Of a DNA stretch of 64,000 nt, positions 35,672 to 47,455 are shown in pieces. The notes beneath the pieces were generated by a model that saw only the letters and a program-made list of their open reading frames with translations, did not search any database and was not told the origin of the DNA. Both the position numbers and the translations under genes were made by a program. Each line of letters starts with the position of its first letter. Position 1 is the first letter of the stretch. Source of the stretch: Bilabrum cf. latius (Eukaryota); assembly GCA_965178125.1 (NCBI GenBank), contig OZ237748.1, positions 930,001 through 994,000 of the forward strand, in the 5' to 3' direction.

Positions 35672-38600
35672 ATGGATGCGTCGAGCCCGCTGGACCGCTA
35701 CATGCGCGGGACACAATCCAGCGCTCGAAGGGAGCAAGCACTTGCCATTGGGCGAGCGATGTCTGCAGCGCCCTCCCCGGCGGCAGCCAGGCGCAGATCC
35801 AGCACCAGCCTTCCAAGGACAATCCACGCAAAGCAGTTCAATTTCAATGTGACAGACAGAGCCATGGATCTGATTTCAACGGCAGAGCGAGTGCTGAGAG
35901 CCGGCGACGAGGCCAAGAGGAGAGCCTACAGGATCGTGCACCAAAGCGGGGGCGAGGAGGAAAATCATGCAGGTGAAAGAGAAGCGGAGCAAAGTAAATC
36001 AAAGAATCTCGGGGCACAGCGGCGGGGCAGCGTCGCGAAGGCACCATCATATGCGGGCAAGGACAAGGGGGCGTCGGTGGGTGAAGATCCACTCCCACCG
36101 GGAGCCCACTCCCCGGCGTTTCAGTTTGCCGACTCCGCCGCCGCCCCCCTGCCCCGCGGACTGGGTCGCAGCGGAACCGACGCCACCCCACCGCCCCACA
36201 CCCCAGGCACTCGTCACACGGACACTCGTCACACCGATCGCATGCGCCGCCTGCTCGCGGTGTGGGACCGCGAGGGCAAGGGGGCGGTGTCGCCTGCCTA
36301 GCTGAGGGAGAGCATCGCTTGGATCGACGGGATGTGGGGGCACACGGGCGGTGGTGGTGGTGAAAGTGGCGTTAGTGTGACGAGTGGGAAGGATGGCAAG
36401 CGTTGTCATGCAAAGGTGAGCGACAAGCATAGCCCCATGCGCCGCAATGCGATGCACTGCATATCCCATCACTCCTTCCCATCCAATGCCGTGTGCTAGA
36501 AGCATCATTCCTCCATCACATATGATACGCACTACTGATACTCACACCACCATCACCACAGGCAGCAGCAGCAGCAGCAGCAGCAGCAACGGCATCAGAC
36601 CGGTGGGTTAGGAGACAGCCACGGCAGGTGGACGGCAGCATCCGGATCGACGACTTGGTGCAGCTGGGCGATTGGGGAGGAGGAAGCCACGATGGCGGGG
36701 CAGGCGTCACTCGTCACACAGAATCCTCCCGACGGGCCTCGATTCGGTCGCAAAGACAGGCGCAGGAGCAGGGGCAGAGGCAGAGGCGATCGTCCCTGGG
36801 TGGGTCGTCTGAGGCAGTGGCCACCCGCCGTGTGACGAGTGCGGTTAGGGGTCGCCGGCGGAGCGTCGCCTCCGTGTCCTCGGTGGACACTCGTCACACC
36901 GGCACCGCGCACCCTCGGTCCGCCTCGATGCCCCGCACGCCCCCGAATCGCCGCGCCGGGTCCGGGGCCGGGCAGCGAGCTGCCCAGGACCGATGGACCG
37001 GGGGCGGGGGGGGTTATGCCAGCAGTGGCAACGCAAGCGGTGTTGGTGATGGAAGGAGAGGGAGGGGGAGGGGGAGGGGGAGGAGGAGGAGCATTGCAAG
37101 TCTGGGGAGGAGCGGCAGCGTCGACAACGGAGGTGTGACGAGTGACGGCAGCCTCCGGATCAGCGTCCCTGCATTGCCACGGAGTGGGCGTGACAGCACT
37201 CGTCACACGCATGCGGGCAGCCTTATCGGTTCGCCACTGCGTCGCCGGCAGCAGCAGTAGCGGCAGCAGCATCCGAAGCAGAATGGGACCACCAGCACCG
37301 GCAGTGCATCTGCCTCAGCCTCTGCCTCTGCCTCTGCCTCTGCCTCTGCCCCTTCTCCGTCGGCTGCGGCTGCGGCTCATGATGATGATTAGGGTGCTGG
37401 TGCTGGTGCTGGTGCGAGGTCATCTCCCGGGGGCGACGATGGCGGCGGCACGCTAGCCTTCAATCGTCACACCAATCGCCGCCTCAGCAGGCGTGCCTCT
37501 GCCTCCACGGTCAACTCTAACGAGCTGCTGCGGCCCGCGTTGGTGGCATTCGGCAGGTGCAGCGCACGGCAGCGTACCCCGTCGCCCCCGATCCCCACCC
37601 GCCCGGACACCATGGCAATGCCCCCCCGCACCCGAACCGTCGACGAGACGCGCGGCCACGACTCGATGTTCCGCAGCGGCGCGGCGCCGTTTGCGACCAA
37701 GTCGGACTTGGAGGCGAAACCGACGCCCTCGCGGGAGGCACGATAGGTCGCAAGAGGGCAGGCCACCCCTCACTCGTCACACCTTGCCAAGGTGCTTCTC
37801 GCGGATGTACGTCGCCTCGGGGGCGGCAGGCTGCGGCAGGCCATTCGGAAGGCGAGGTCGGCCCATGGGCTGGACGCCGTGCCGGTGGGGGCGCTGGTGA
37901 GGGGTGTGACGAGTGCGCTCGGGGGCAAGGGGTTCTCGGAGGCGGCGCTGGGGGAAGTGGTGAGGCATTTCGGGGGGGGCGTGGGGTCGGGGGATGGAGT
38001 TAGCAACAGTGGCGGTTGGGGAAGAAGAGGAGGAGGAAGGGTGGATTTGGGCGCGCTGCAGGAGGCGGTGAGGGCGATCGAGAGGTGTGACGAGCGCGAG
38101 GTTGGGGGGCAGAATACCGTGCAGAGTAAGACGGCGATGGGCCAGAGCGAGGGCGGCAAGATGGACCGTGATCGTGACGAGTGGGAAGTGCAGAGGGCAT
38201 CGGCGCGTCGCAGAGCAAGCCTGCAGAGACAGAGGCTGATTGAGATAGAGGAATAGGGACATGCGGATGCACGGCACGGTGGTGCGATTCAGCGGAAGGA
38301 AGCCACTGGCCCTGATGCTGGTGCTGGTGCTGATGCTGGTCCCACTGCCACTGCCACTGCCACAGGGTAGATCGAGTCAAAGGTCACTGTACCAACTAAT
38401 CGCATGGGAGGGTTGATTTCCAGCCGAGTGAACGCAGTTCGACTCGTGAGGAGGAGGGGGTCATTCTCGCCCCCCGCGCGCTCCCCCATCGTAGGGGGGG
38501 GTACCCGAGGGGGTCAGGATAGCGGGGAGGGGTTACTGCCTGAGGGTCCATTGCAGCGGCAGAAGAATCGGCAGGACATCTGGCACCAGAGGGGACAGAG

Positions 38601-39753
38601 GAAGGGGCGCGGCTCCCCGCACTCGTCACATATGGCCGGCATATTTGCTCCCCCTCCCACTGGAATGACGAGTGCTGAGGCGGCGACGAAGAGTGCCAGA
38701 GCGGCCAGAACTGGAAATCGCCGAGGAGGAGCAGGAGGGGCGATGATGGCCAGCACGCGCATGGGGGAATCGGGTGAATCGGCCGGCGAAGGCGACAGAT
38801 CGGCGGCTCGGAAGCGCGTGAGCAGATCCAGCTCCACCCCGCCGAGTCGGGTGCATCGCACTGTGCTGCACCACCCCCGCTCGCAGCTGTCGTCCAGTCC
38901 ATTCGGAATCACGCCCAGGCAGGGAGCAGGCGCCGCGCCGGAGGGGCACTCGTCACATGGAGCAGGCGCCGCGCCGGAGGGGCACTCGTCACAGGGAGCA
39001 GGCGCCGCGCCGGAGGGGCACTCGTCACAGGGAGCAGGCGCCGCGCCGGAGGGACCAGCGGAGCACTCGTCACAGGGGCGTGGGTCCCAATCGGCTCCGA
39101 GTCCGGCAGTGCCTCCCTTTGGGACATCACCTGCTGGTCCGCATCCGCAGGCAGTCTCGAACATGGCCCAAAGCGGGAAGCGGCACGTGAGTCGCCGTGC
39201 ACTTGGCGGCAATGATAGGGGCAAGGGCAGGGGCCAGGATGGGCATGCCATGGGCCGCTCGTCATCCGTGCCACCGAGTGAGCGGCGGCCGGGGAACACG
39301 CGAGGCAGCTAGAGGCCAGATCCCGCCGCCGCGCACGCAAGCGCAAGCGCACGGGCGAGGGACTGGGACTGGACGCGGTTCCAGGACGGAGATTCGATTC
39401 CGGATCCTCGCCCGCAGCGCCGAATGGGGATCGGGCGGGGGAGGAGGGGATCCTGGGCGGGGGAGCTGTCGGAACTCGGAATCGGAAATGCAATCGGACA
39501 AAGCCCGGGAGGGGTACCGGGTACCGCTGGTGCTGGTGCTGGTGCTGGTGCTGGTGCTGGTGCTGGTGCTGGTGCTGGTGCTGGTGCTGGTGCTGGTGCT
39601 GGTGCTGGTGCTGGTGCTGGTGCTGGTGCTGGTGCTGCCTACGATGGTGGTATCGGTACTTCTCCGCCGAAAGAGTGGATGGGCGGACGGCGTGGGTCTC
39701 GGAAGAAGCAGGTCCAGGGGGGTTAGCTCGTGAGCACTGTGGTGATCAGCTGA
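35672..39753 (+). CDS. Large disordered basic protein with degenerate EF-hand-like segments; function unknown
   Basis: Exons 35672-36415 and 36562-39753, with a phase-0 intron. The only internal stops are TAG (36299, 37258, 37390, 37744, 38254, 38368, 39310, 39724); ends TGA 39751. WDREGKGAVSPA*L and VDGSIRIDDLV resemble EF-hand loops. Confidence 0.75.
39526..39636. repeat. (GCTGGT)n microsatellite, ~18 units, encoding poly-(Ala-Gly)
   Basis: Directly visible perfect hexamer run within the coding frame. Confidence 0.97.
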
Positions 39754-39926
39754 GGAAACGGTGTGGCGCGATGGAAGCACACACGGAGGATTTCGTCTCT
39801 TCGATTCAATGCAGCAAGGTTCGCTGAGCAATGGTACGCTGAAGGAAGGTTCGCTGTATCCCATTTTTAGCGATTGACGGTGTCCATAGGACTACGCACA
39901 AATACGTCGAGCTTTGTTGTCGAGTC

Positions 39927-42900
39927 ATGATGTAGGTTTATTGAATTTCATCTTGTCAGCGTGCATATCTTGCCTGAATCCCACCTAGATCTGAGGTACA
40001 TGGCGAAACCCACACGATCTCACGGTACGAAATCGTTAATCAAGCTTACAAACCACCAACGCCGTGCATCTCCACCTACTTTAATGCAGAGCTAGTGATA
40101 TGTGCTATGCTGCTATGCTAGATGATCCTTCGGATCTGAAGAAGCTAATCGCCGCCGGCATTGACCCGAACGACGCTGGCTGCATGGATGTGAGGGCTGT
40201 TTTATCCACGCAATCACCGCATACATGGATTGTGATCAAGTAGACCGTGCATGCCATGGTACATGAGCGCTGCCATCCCTTCGCACGCAGCAAAACTTCA
40301 GCTCCCCTCTCATGTGCGCTGCCGGTGATGGTTAGCTCGCAAACATGGCCTTGCTACGCGAAGCAGGGGCTTGTTTATCACATAGAAATCGGGTAAGACT
40401 TTGAACGATTTCTTTTGGCGTGGACCGTTTCAACGAGTCCCGAGCAGCAGCTGCAGACCCGTCGCGGGAATGAATGCCATGCAACTGAACGCAACTCCTG
40501 GACAACGACATGTCGCTGCATGCAGTCAATTACAGGGTATGTACATTGTTTATTCGTATGCAACCCTGAAACACTCGCAGCTTCGTGAAACGGCTCTTGT
40601 GCTGGCGGCCAAGCACAGCAGGGGGCGCTGCTTGCAGGCTTTGATCGAAGCAGGCAGCCCGCTAGATACCGTGACCACCGTGAGCATATGGCACTCAACG
40701 TTTGGCGCGCCTCATTTGACGAGCATTACACGCTTGACTGGTAGCCGCGCGGGCAATGAGCCGGGGGTAGCAATTGGGTTGGCGTGAAAGGGGCCAGCAA
40801 CTCCTGGTAGAGGGCAGGACGTGCACCCCGGCCTGATTATACTCTTAGATATATGCATTGCAGTATGGTAGGACTGCAGTTTCACTGTGCGTGAAGCACG
40901 ACGAGTTCATCATGGTTGAGATGCTAGCTTCGGCAGGCTGCGATGTTGACATACCCGATATCGTGAGTCAAGAACAACGATTCTTCTCGCATATGCACAC
41001 GGAAAATCCGCTGCCATATCGCTGCTTGATCGGACAGATTGGTCGCTTGGTATATTTGGGAGGTGACTAGCATGAGCTGGTCTACCACTTTTTAGTGCTA
41101 AAGGTCGTGTTAAACGGCAATACTCCATCCATGGCACGCCTGGTTCTACCCGATGCAGACCGGGCAGACACCGCTAATGCAAGCTGCCTCCACAGGCCGA
41201 ACGGAGTGCTTGAAAGTACTATACCACGCTGGGGCAGACATGGACGTGCAGGATAGCGTTAGAACGATGCCATGTGGCGTGCAAGTCGGGCCCTGTGTGC
41301 CCATCGCCTGATTCAACTTGAAATTGTATTTCCCACAGCTGAGCTTTTGGCAGACCATGAAGGCTGCCCGTGGCAACTGAAAAGTTTGCTCTCTCTCTCG
41401 GGCTAGATCCTTGGCGCAGTACGGCTGCAGCGCGCTCCACCTTGCAGCGAAAACTGGCCATGAGGACTGCGTGCTGTTACTCACGGAAATGGGCGCGGAT
41501 GTCCGACTCGTCGACCGGGTGAGCGTGCCACACGCGTTTTGCCTGCTTTGGAGTCCAAGTTTGGACGTGCAGCAGCGGTACGAGATCTACCTGCGGCGTA
41601 GCAAACGAAAAGAAAAGCAGCGTGGCACCATATGACATGGCTATCGTTCATTGAGGCTTCGCTGATTTCAATCCGAGTCGCAGGTTGGTGCATCCGCGCT
41701 GCACGTGGCTTCTTCCGAAAACCTAGCTAGATGCATTGGCCCGCTGATCGATGCTGGAGCTCTCACCGATGCACTTGATGGTGTGAGGGAAGACTCGGCC
41801 TGTAGGTACAAAGAGGGTTCAGTCATGAACAAGGCGCTGTACACTGCAGTTACCCAGTTCCTCTTCAGCAATACTGTATCCCAAAGCAAAGCCGTGCGCA
41901 CTGAGTCGCACGATAATCGCAGTAGGGAAGAACGCCGTTGCTGTGTGCCTCTGGATCGTACGATATGTCAAAGGACGCTGTAGTGCAACTCGTGCGACGA
42001 GGGGCAGATGTTGATGTCAGTAACGCAGTGAGTACAAAAGCTGGTGCTTCCTCGCAACGCACCAGCATCATAACCTAAACACCAGCAAGCGATTTGATAT
42101 GTTGAAATGCCCTGCGCTGCGCAGGATCATGTTGCGCCAATTATATCGTCATCCTGCTGCGGCTCTCCCCTTGCCATGTCGGCGCTGCTCAGGGCAGGAG
42201 CAGATATGGATGTCTATGATAATGTGAGATGGGTTTTCGAATTAGCCTGATCTGATGATGCATGGATCCAATTGGATTGCCCATCCTTATCGATTTGGCA
42301 GGCGCAGATGTACGTATTGATACTGCGTTGCTCGGCTCGCAGATGGGGTACACGCCCCTTCGCCATGCGGCGTTCGCCAGACGGAACATTGGCAGAAAAG
42401 CTTGCTTCGATATGTTGATATCTGACGGTGCTGACGTAAACATTCCTAACAAAGTGAGAAACCAGGAATTCAGAGCCAAGGATCTACGAAGAGTGCATGC
42501 ACGAGCTAACCTGAATCGGGGTGCGCACTCTCGCACTAGGCTAGTGGGCCCCCGTTGGGTCCCGATTTACGAAGGCATAATTAACTCGGAATCAGTCGGG
42601 CCTGATCCCAAGTCTTACTGTAGTCTTTGCAGCAGAATTAGTCGCGCTGTGCTACTTAGCAGCTTGTATTTTGTACAGTGTGTCAGTAATACTTAGCGCA
42701 TGATCCATGAATTGATCTACGGTCATCATGCCCGGTTGTTGCACCGAATGTAGAGGCCTACGCAGAAAGGACAAACTGTTGCTCACAGCGCTGCAATCAG
42801 GGGGGCGATAGACGAGTTTAAGCTTTTCATCGGTATTGGCGCCGACATGCAGTAGCAGGACAATGTGAGAACCTGGCTGGTGGCAATGTGGTTTTGGTAT

Positions 42901-43605
42901 GAGTTTCAGCATTTCTAGTTCGCGTTTCTGGCAAGTGTGGGACAACAACCTAGGTTTGGACTAGGTCTATGATGACATATGCTAGTCCTGTAACAAGTCC
43001 GCCACGCACGTTGTACGCAGGATGGAAACACGGTATTGCACTGTGTTGCCGCCTAGAAGCGCTTCCCCGAGGAGTTAATGCGCGATCTTATTGAGATAGG
43101 GGCAAGCAAGGCCATCATGAATCACGTGAGAGACGTTCCAAGACGACACAGCTTAATTTCGTCATCCGATGCATAGACCTTACTTTTACCACAAAGAATA
43201 CGGCCAATCAGGATGCTTCAAACATTGTGAATCAATTCCCATACACAATGCTTTAACCATACCCTGCAGCGGGGCCACACGCCCGCCGAGCATGCCATGA
43301 CGAAGGGTTTGGCGTCAAGGACCGCAGCGATTCGATCCTACATCAAGAGGCGCCTCTTTGCTCTGATGGCGTGGAGACGCTGTGGAGAGGCCAAGCGGGA
43401 CGCTGGGACGATCTTCCGCGCTGCAGCTGAGGGCAGGCCCATGGAGCTGGCCAGGAGGCTCAGGCTGGGCAAGCTGGCGGGCGGGTTGGAAATCACTGGC
43501 GAGGTGGAGGACGGGGCGGCTGGTACCCGGGTGGTGGGTCCGCTAGAGGCGGCTCAATTGGGAGGACATGACGAGTGCGTGAGACTGCTTCGTGGCTTAC
43601 TTTGA
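39927..43605 (+). CDS. Ankyrin-repeat protein, ~13 one-repeat exons, ending in the shared C-terminal cassette
   Basis: Exons begin at ~39927 (ATG AT), 40090, 40291, 40581, 40864, 41159, 41420, 41684, 41923, 42125, 42343, 42766, 43021 and 43270. Internal exons are ~99-111 nt with phase-0 GT-AG introns. In-frame TAG at 40333, 41923, ~42853 and 43054; ends in TGA. Confidence 0.85.
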
Positions 43606-43726
43606 GGGTCACAGCCACACATGAAGACACGGCAGTAGGTTGAGCACGTACAGTGTTGCTAAGTGTGACGTGGCCATCAGATCCCGACAAGAACCGAGCA
43701 CTGTCCAAAGTGACAGGCCGATCAGG

Positions 43727-44330
43727 ACGCTGGACTAGGCCTATGAGATGGCCGATGCGTGGGCCGCGACCAAGACCGTGTGGGGGCTGCTGGCGCAAGG
43801 GAATGCGGCTGCGTCTGCCCTCCCCGGCAACGACAGGCTGTACAAGGACTCTGCCATCCCGAGGCTGCCCCAGGCCGGCAGGGAGCTGGAGGCCATCCTG
43901 AGGGGGCTGCTGCAGTCGCTGCCCAGGAATCGGTTGCGGCCCGATAGCACCATTGCTGCCCTGCGAGCCCTGCTGTACGGGCCCGGGAGCTGGGAGCAGG
44001 TGGAGCGGGCGGCTGGGGAGGGTGAGGCTGCGAGCGGTGGGATGATGGGCGGGTCCAGCGGTGGAGTCACTGGGGCTGCTTCGGGGGCGGGAGCGGGGGA
44101 TGCTGCATCGGCGACAGCAGCGGGTGCTGAAGCGGTTGGGTCTGGGCTGGTGGAGCTGGTCCGGGGCCAGCTGTGGGAGTGCGCGGCTGTGGATGCGGGG
44201 CGCACGGGGGTGGAGGGCGTGCCTGCCGCTGGTCTATCATGGGGCCTGGCTGGGCCTGCTCCCATGGTGCGGCTGCCGATCGGGGAGGAGGCGTATGAGG
44301 CGTTCGGGTGGGGCGAGCGGTTGTGTGTCC
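43727..44330 (+). pseudogene. Orphan near-identical duplicate of the kinase C-lobe (50790-51393)
   Basis: TL(D/A)(*/Q)AYEM(A/S)DAWAA...YKDSAIPRLPQAGRELEAILRGLLQSLPRNRLRP...EEAYEAFGWGER. Lacks the N-lobe, HRD and DFG, and is 3'-truncated. Confidence 0.85.
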
Positions 44331-45279
44331 CTGGGCTGTAAGCCTCGGCGATGTATCTGCGATTGCATATTCTTCCCATGACGGCATTGTGAACTGGGCA
44401 GTTAACTAAACATCCTGTCTGATCGCCCAATCCCGAGACCCATACTAACGCCATGTTCTAACATTGCTGCCCTGTCTTTGCCCGCGGCTTGCCACGGCCC
44501 CGGTGGTAGCCTCTTTACTCCCGAAGTCATCCATGTGCGTGTCCATCATCATATCGCACAATTTAGTGAATCGTTCAAGTATGACATGGAGAGCACGACC
44601 TCGCAATAAAGAGTGAAAGCTCCTCATGCACTGAGCGGCTTGCACTGCTTGAAGCACACGGATAGAAGCAACGATGGGCTCTGGAGAGTGAAACAAGCGG
44701 AGATGTAATGACCCGTGAGTTATCAATAGGTATGCAAAGGCTTCGTCTAATTTCTATGATGCATTTTATCCTTGTATAGTCTTCTATCGGAAACTCCGAA
44801 ACTCTGTAGAGCACCTGACCTAACTATAGCATTTATTATCCCGGGATTAGTTAACTTTAGCACCTGATAACTGCACTGTATAATACAAATGATTCGGAGC
44901 TGAAACGAGTTGTCAAGACCTAATTCCTGGCCAATAGAGGACTTGTCTGACGCAGAAACTACCTTGCTGAAGCAACTATATCTAGATTAGCATCTAACTC
45001 CGCCTGTGTCGCTGTATGCATTTGCGGCGGTGGGTAATTTGCTGTGTATCGTACTCGGGATTGTGGATGACGCAATTGTGTGCGGTTTGCGCAGGCTTCT
45101 CATCGATGCTTACCTACCATTAAGAGGTACATATGTTTGGAATATAGATGGTATCTAGTAGACGGATGCCGCTACACCAGCAAGGCTTCGTCAAATGTGC
45201 AAGTGGTACCTTTGCAGACTGCCTAGACACAAGCTGCACTTTTCGCACCCGGACATCCACCGAGTGTTAATAAGATGGG

Positions 45280-45900
45280 GGTACCGGCCTCCAGGATGAC
45301 AGTCAATAAGTATACGTAGCTGCGGTGCCCACCTCCACCTCCAGGACGGAAGCCACTGGTATCTGCATTCGCGGAGAAGGAGCTTGGGTTGCACCTCCGT
45401 AGAATGATCCGTTGCGGGGTATATTACACGGTGAAACAGGTCACGCAAATGGCACGATACCTTCAACTACGCACTGAAGAGGCATATAAAGCGGCAGGAA
45501 GATCGACGTCTGATTGTAACCTGGTAACAGATCCGTGGGTCCGCCGCCACCTCATGAGCGCTCGGAATGGCTTGTCCTTGCAGCTACCTGGTACCCTGGA
45601 TAAAGGACGTGCGGGCCTGTCCTGCGCTTAAATAGTTGGATGGAGACTTGGCTTCAAGCGGATGTGCAAGGAATTCGGAATTACTTCATGTTGGTTGCAC
45701 AACGTCGACGAGTCAGGCGTCATCCTGGAGAGCAAGAGCACCATCAAGTCCTGGAACAACAAAGGGAGGAGGGATCCGCGGACAGGGAGCTGGTCATCTG
45801 AAAAGAAACGCCAATTTTTCAATGTTGAAGCGGGGGGCTGTACACAAACAACTACTGGTGTCATGTGGATCAACGGCTAGGGAGACGTGCTCAAGCTGGT
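45280..45900 (+). mobile_element. Pogo/Fot1-type (Tc1/mariner superfamily) transposase relic: CENP-B-type HTH and start of the DDE domain
   Basis: Single frame GRKPLVSAFAEKELGLHL...VTDPWVRRHL...LDKGRA...IVGW...EFGI...LHNVDESG...TTTGVMWING*GDVL matches the pogo pattern (LD..RA...I..W...GI...N.DETG...NA.G). In-frame TAA at 45629. Rest of the DDE domain is absent and no TIRs were found. Confidence 0.65.
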
Positions 45901-47455
45901 GGACCCCCGGCGCCGGGCAGGCAGGCGGGGCGCCGGGGGCGACTGATGAAGCCATGTTGACCCTTTGCAAGGCCAAGAAGATTCCAGCTCGAAGCGATGA
46001 TATTGATGAAATTGCTGCTATCCACGCATTTTATGCGAAAATGGATGCAGGAGGCCGGGGCGGGAGCAGAGGCCGGGGCAGGGGAGGGGAGGAGGCGGGG
46101 CACGGAGCACGCGCAGGGGCAGCCTCCGGTGCTGGTGCACCAAAGGGGACCGCTGCGGATGCGGTAGATGGTCAAAGACCGATGACCGTGTAGCAGCAGT
46201 GTGATGCCATGGTCAATTCGGGAACGCTGCCTAGTGAGTTAGCGATCGGGGAGGAGTTCTTAGCCGAGGAAACCGAGGCAGTGCGCGACGTCGTCAGAAG
46301 GATGTAGGAGTGCTCCCGGGCGAAAACTGCGAAACTTGCATCAGCTCAGTCACAGCAGGCGTCCGCATCCGGCGGCGCAGGTGAGGCACCTGCCGCCGCG
46401 CAACTGACCGCACCGGACACTGCACCTCAGAACGGCAGGCTCGCCCAGGCACGGTACGGAGCGCTATCTTTGGAATAACACCAGAGAGATCGCATCGTAT
46501 TTTTATCTGCGAAGAAGAATGCGCAACAACAGTAGGTTACAGCGGCAACCACGGCTCTCCTTGACGGGCTGAAGCGCGAAAGGGAGGTCAGCGATGCATG
46601 GCAGCAGTACACCGCGAGCCTGAGCGAGTTGAGCAAAGCCAAAACACAGCTGGAGGAATCCCCGGGTATCACTATAACCAAGGCTTGATTCGAAACAAAC
46701 ATGGCGAATATGGAGGCAGCGAACGCCAAAATAACCGAGAAAATGGGGTTGTCATAGGCTGCCGTCGCAGCTGCTTAGGGCGAAGGCTAGTGACATGTCT
46801 GGACTCCTCCTGAGGCTCAAAGCCAGCATGAAGCACTCATATCCAGACAGTGTATGCATTTATAGTGTTTATTCAGGATGTGTCTATTTGCTAGTGCAAA
46901 TATGATCAGAAACGCCAGATAATTGCATTGCAAATAATTCGACGAGATCTTGGGGGAATCCGAAATATGTCGCACTATCAGACAAAAGAGGGCTTATCAG
47001 TTACTTTACACCGACAAAATTGATTATGGATGGTATTTTACATTATATCTCTCGTTTGTGGACCTGGAGGGCGCTAGTTGCACTAGAAAATCGCAGTGCT
47101 AAAGTTTCTGAACGATCCGCAGGCCAGAATTTTGCGCACAATCGGGCCAATTTCACCACTTGATATCTTAGCTCATAGGTAAAATCTTGCGAAGCAAGAC
47201 GCAGATAAAGCTACAGAATTCAATGAAGAATTGCTTGAGATAGCTCAGAAGTTCGCTGAGGGATTCCAGGGGTCATAGATGCTTCATGAAGATGGTGCAT
47301 AGGGGCTGCTGAAGATTCGTCAGGTGCTCTTATAAGTACTCTATTAAAAGGTGATGTTTCAGAAGACGCAAGATACGCGACGAGGATGAGATAGCATTTG
47401 CCATCTACTAACGCACGTGAATAACATCGCACTGCACGTAAAAGAAAAGGTCGTT

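Noticed and set aside
733-37915. GVTS/TRHT as a functional peptide motif, or the 12-mer as a telomeric repeat
   Set aside because: The same DNA word appears in all frames, on both strands and outside CDS, so it is not a peptide motif. It never forms head-to-tail arrays as telomeric repeats do.
45629-45631. In-frame TAA as evidence for UAA sense
   Set aside because: A single case inside a truncated transposase relic; a nonsense mutation is the simpler explanation.
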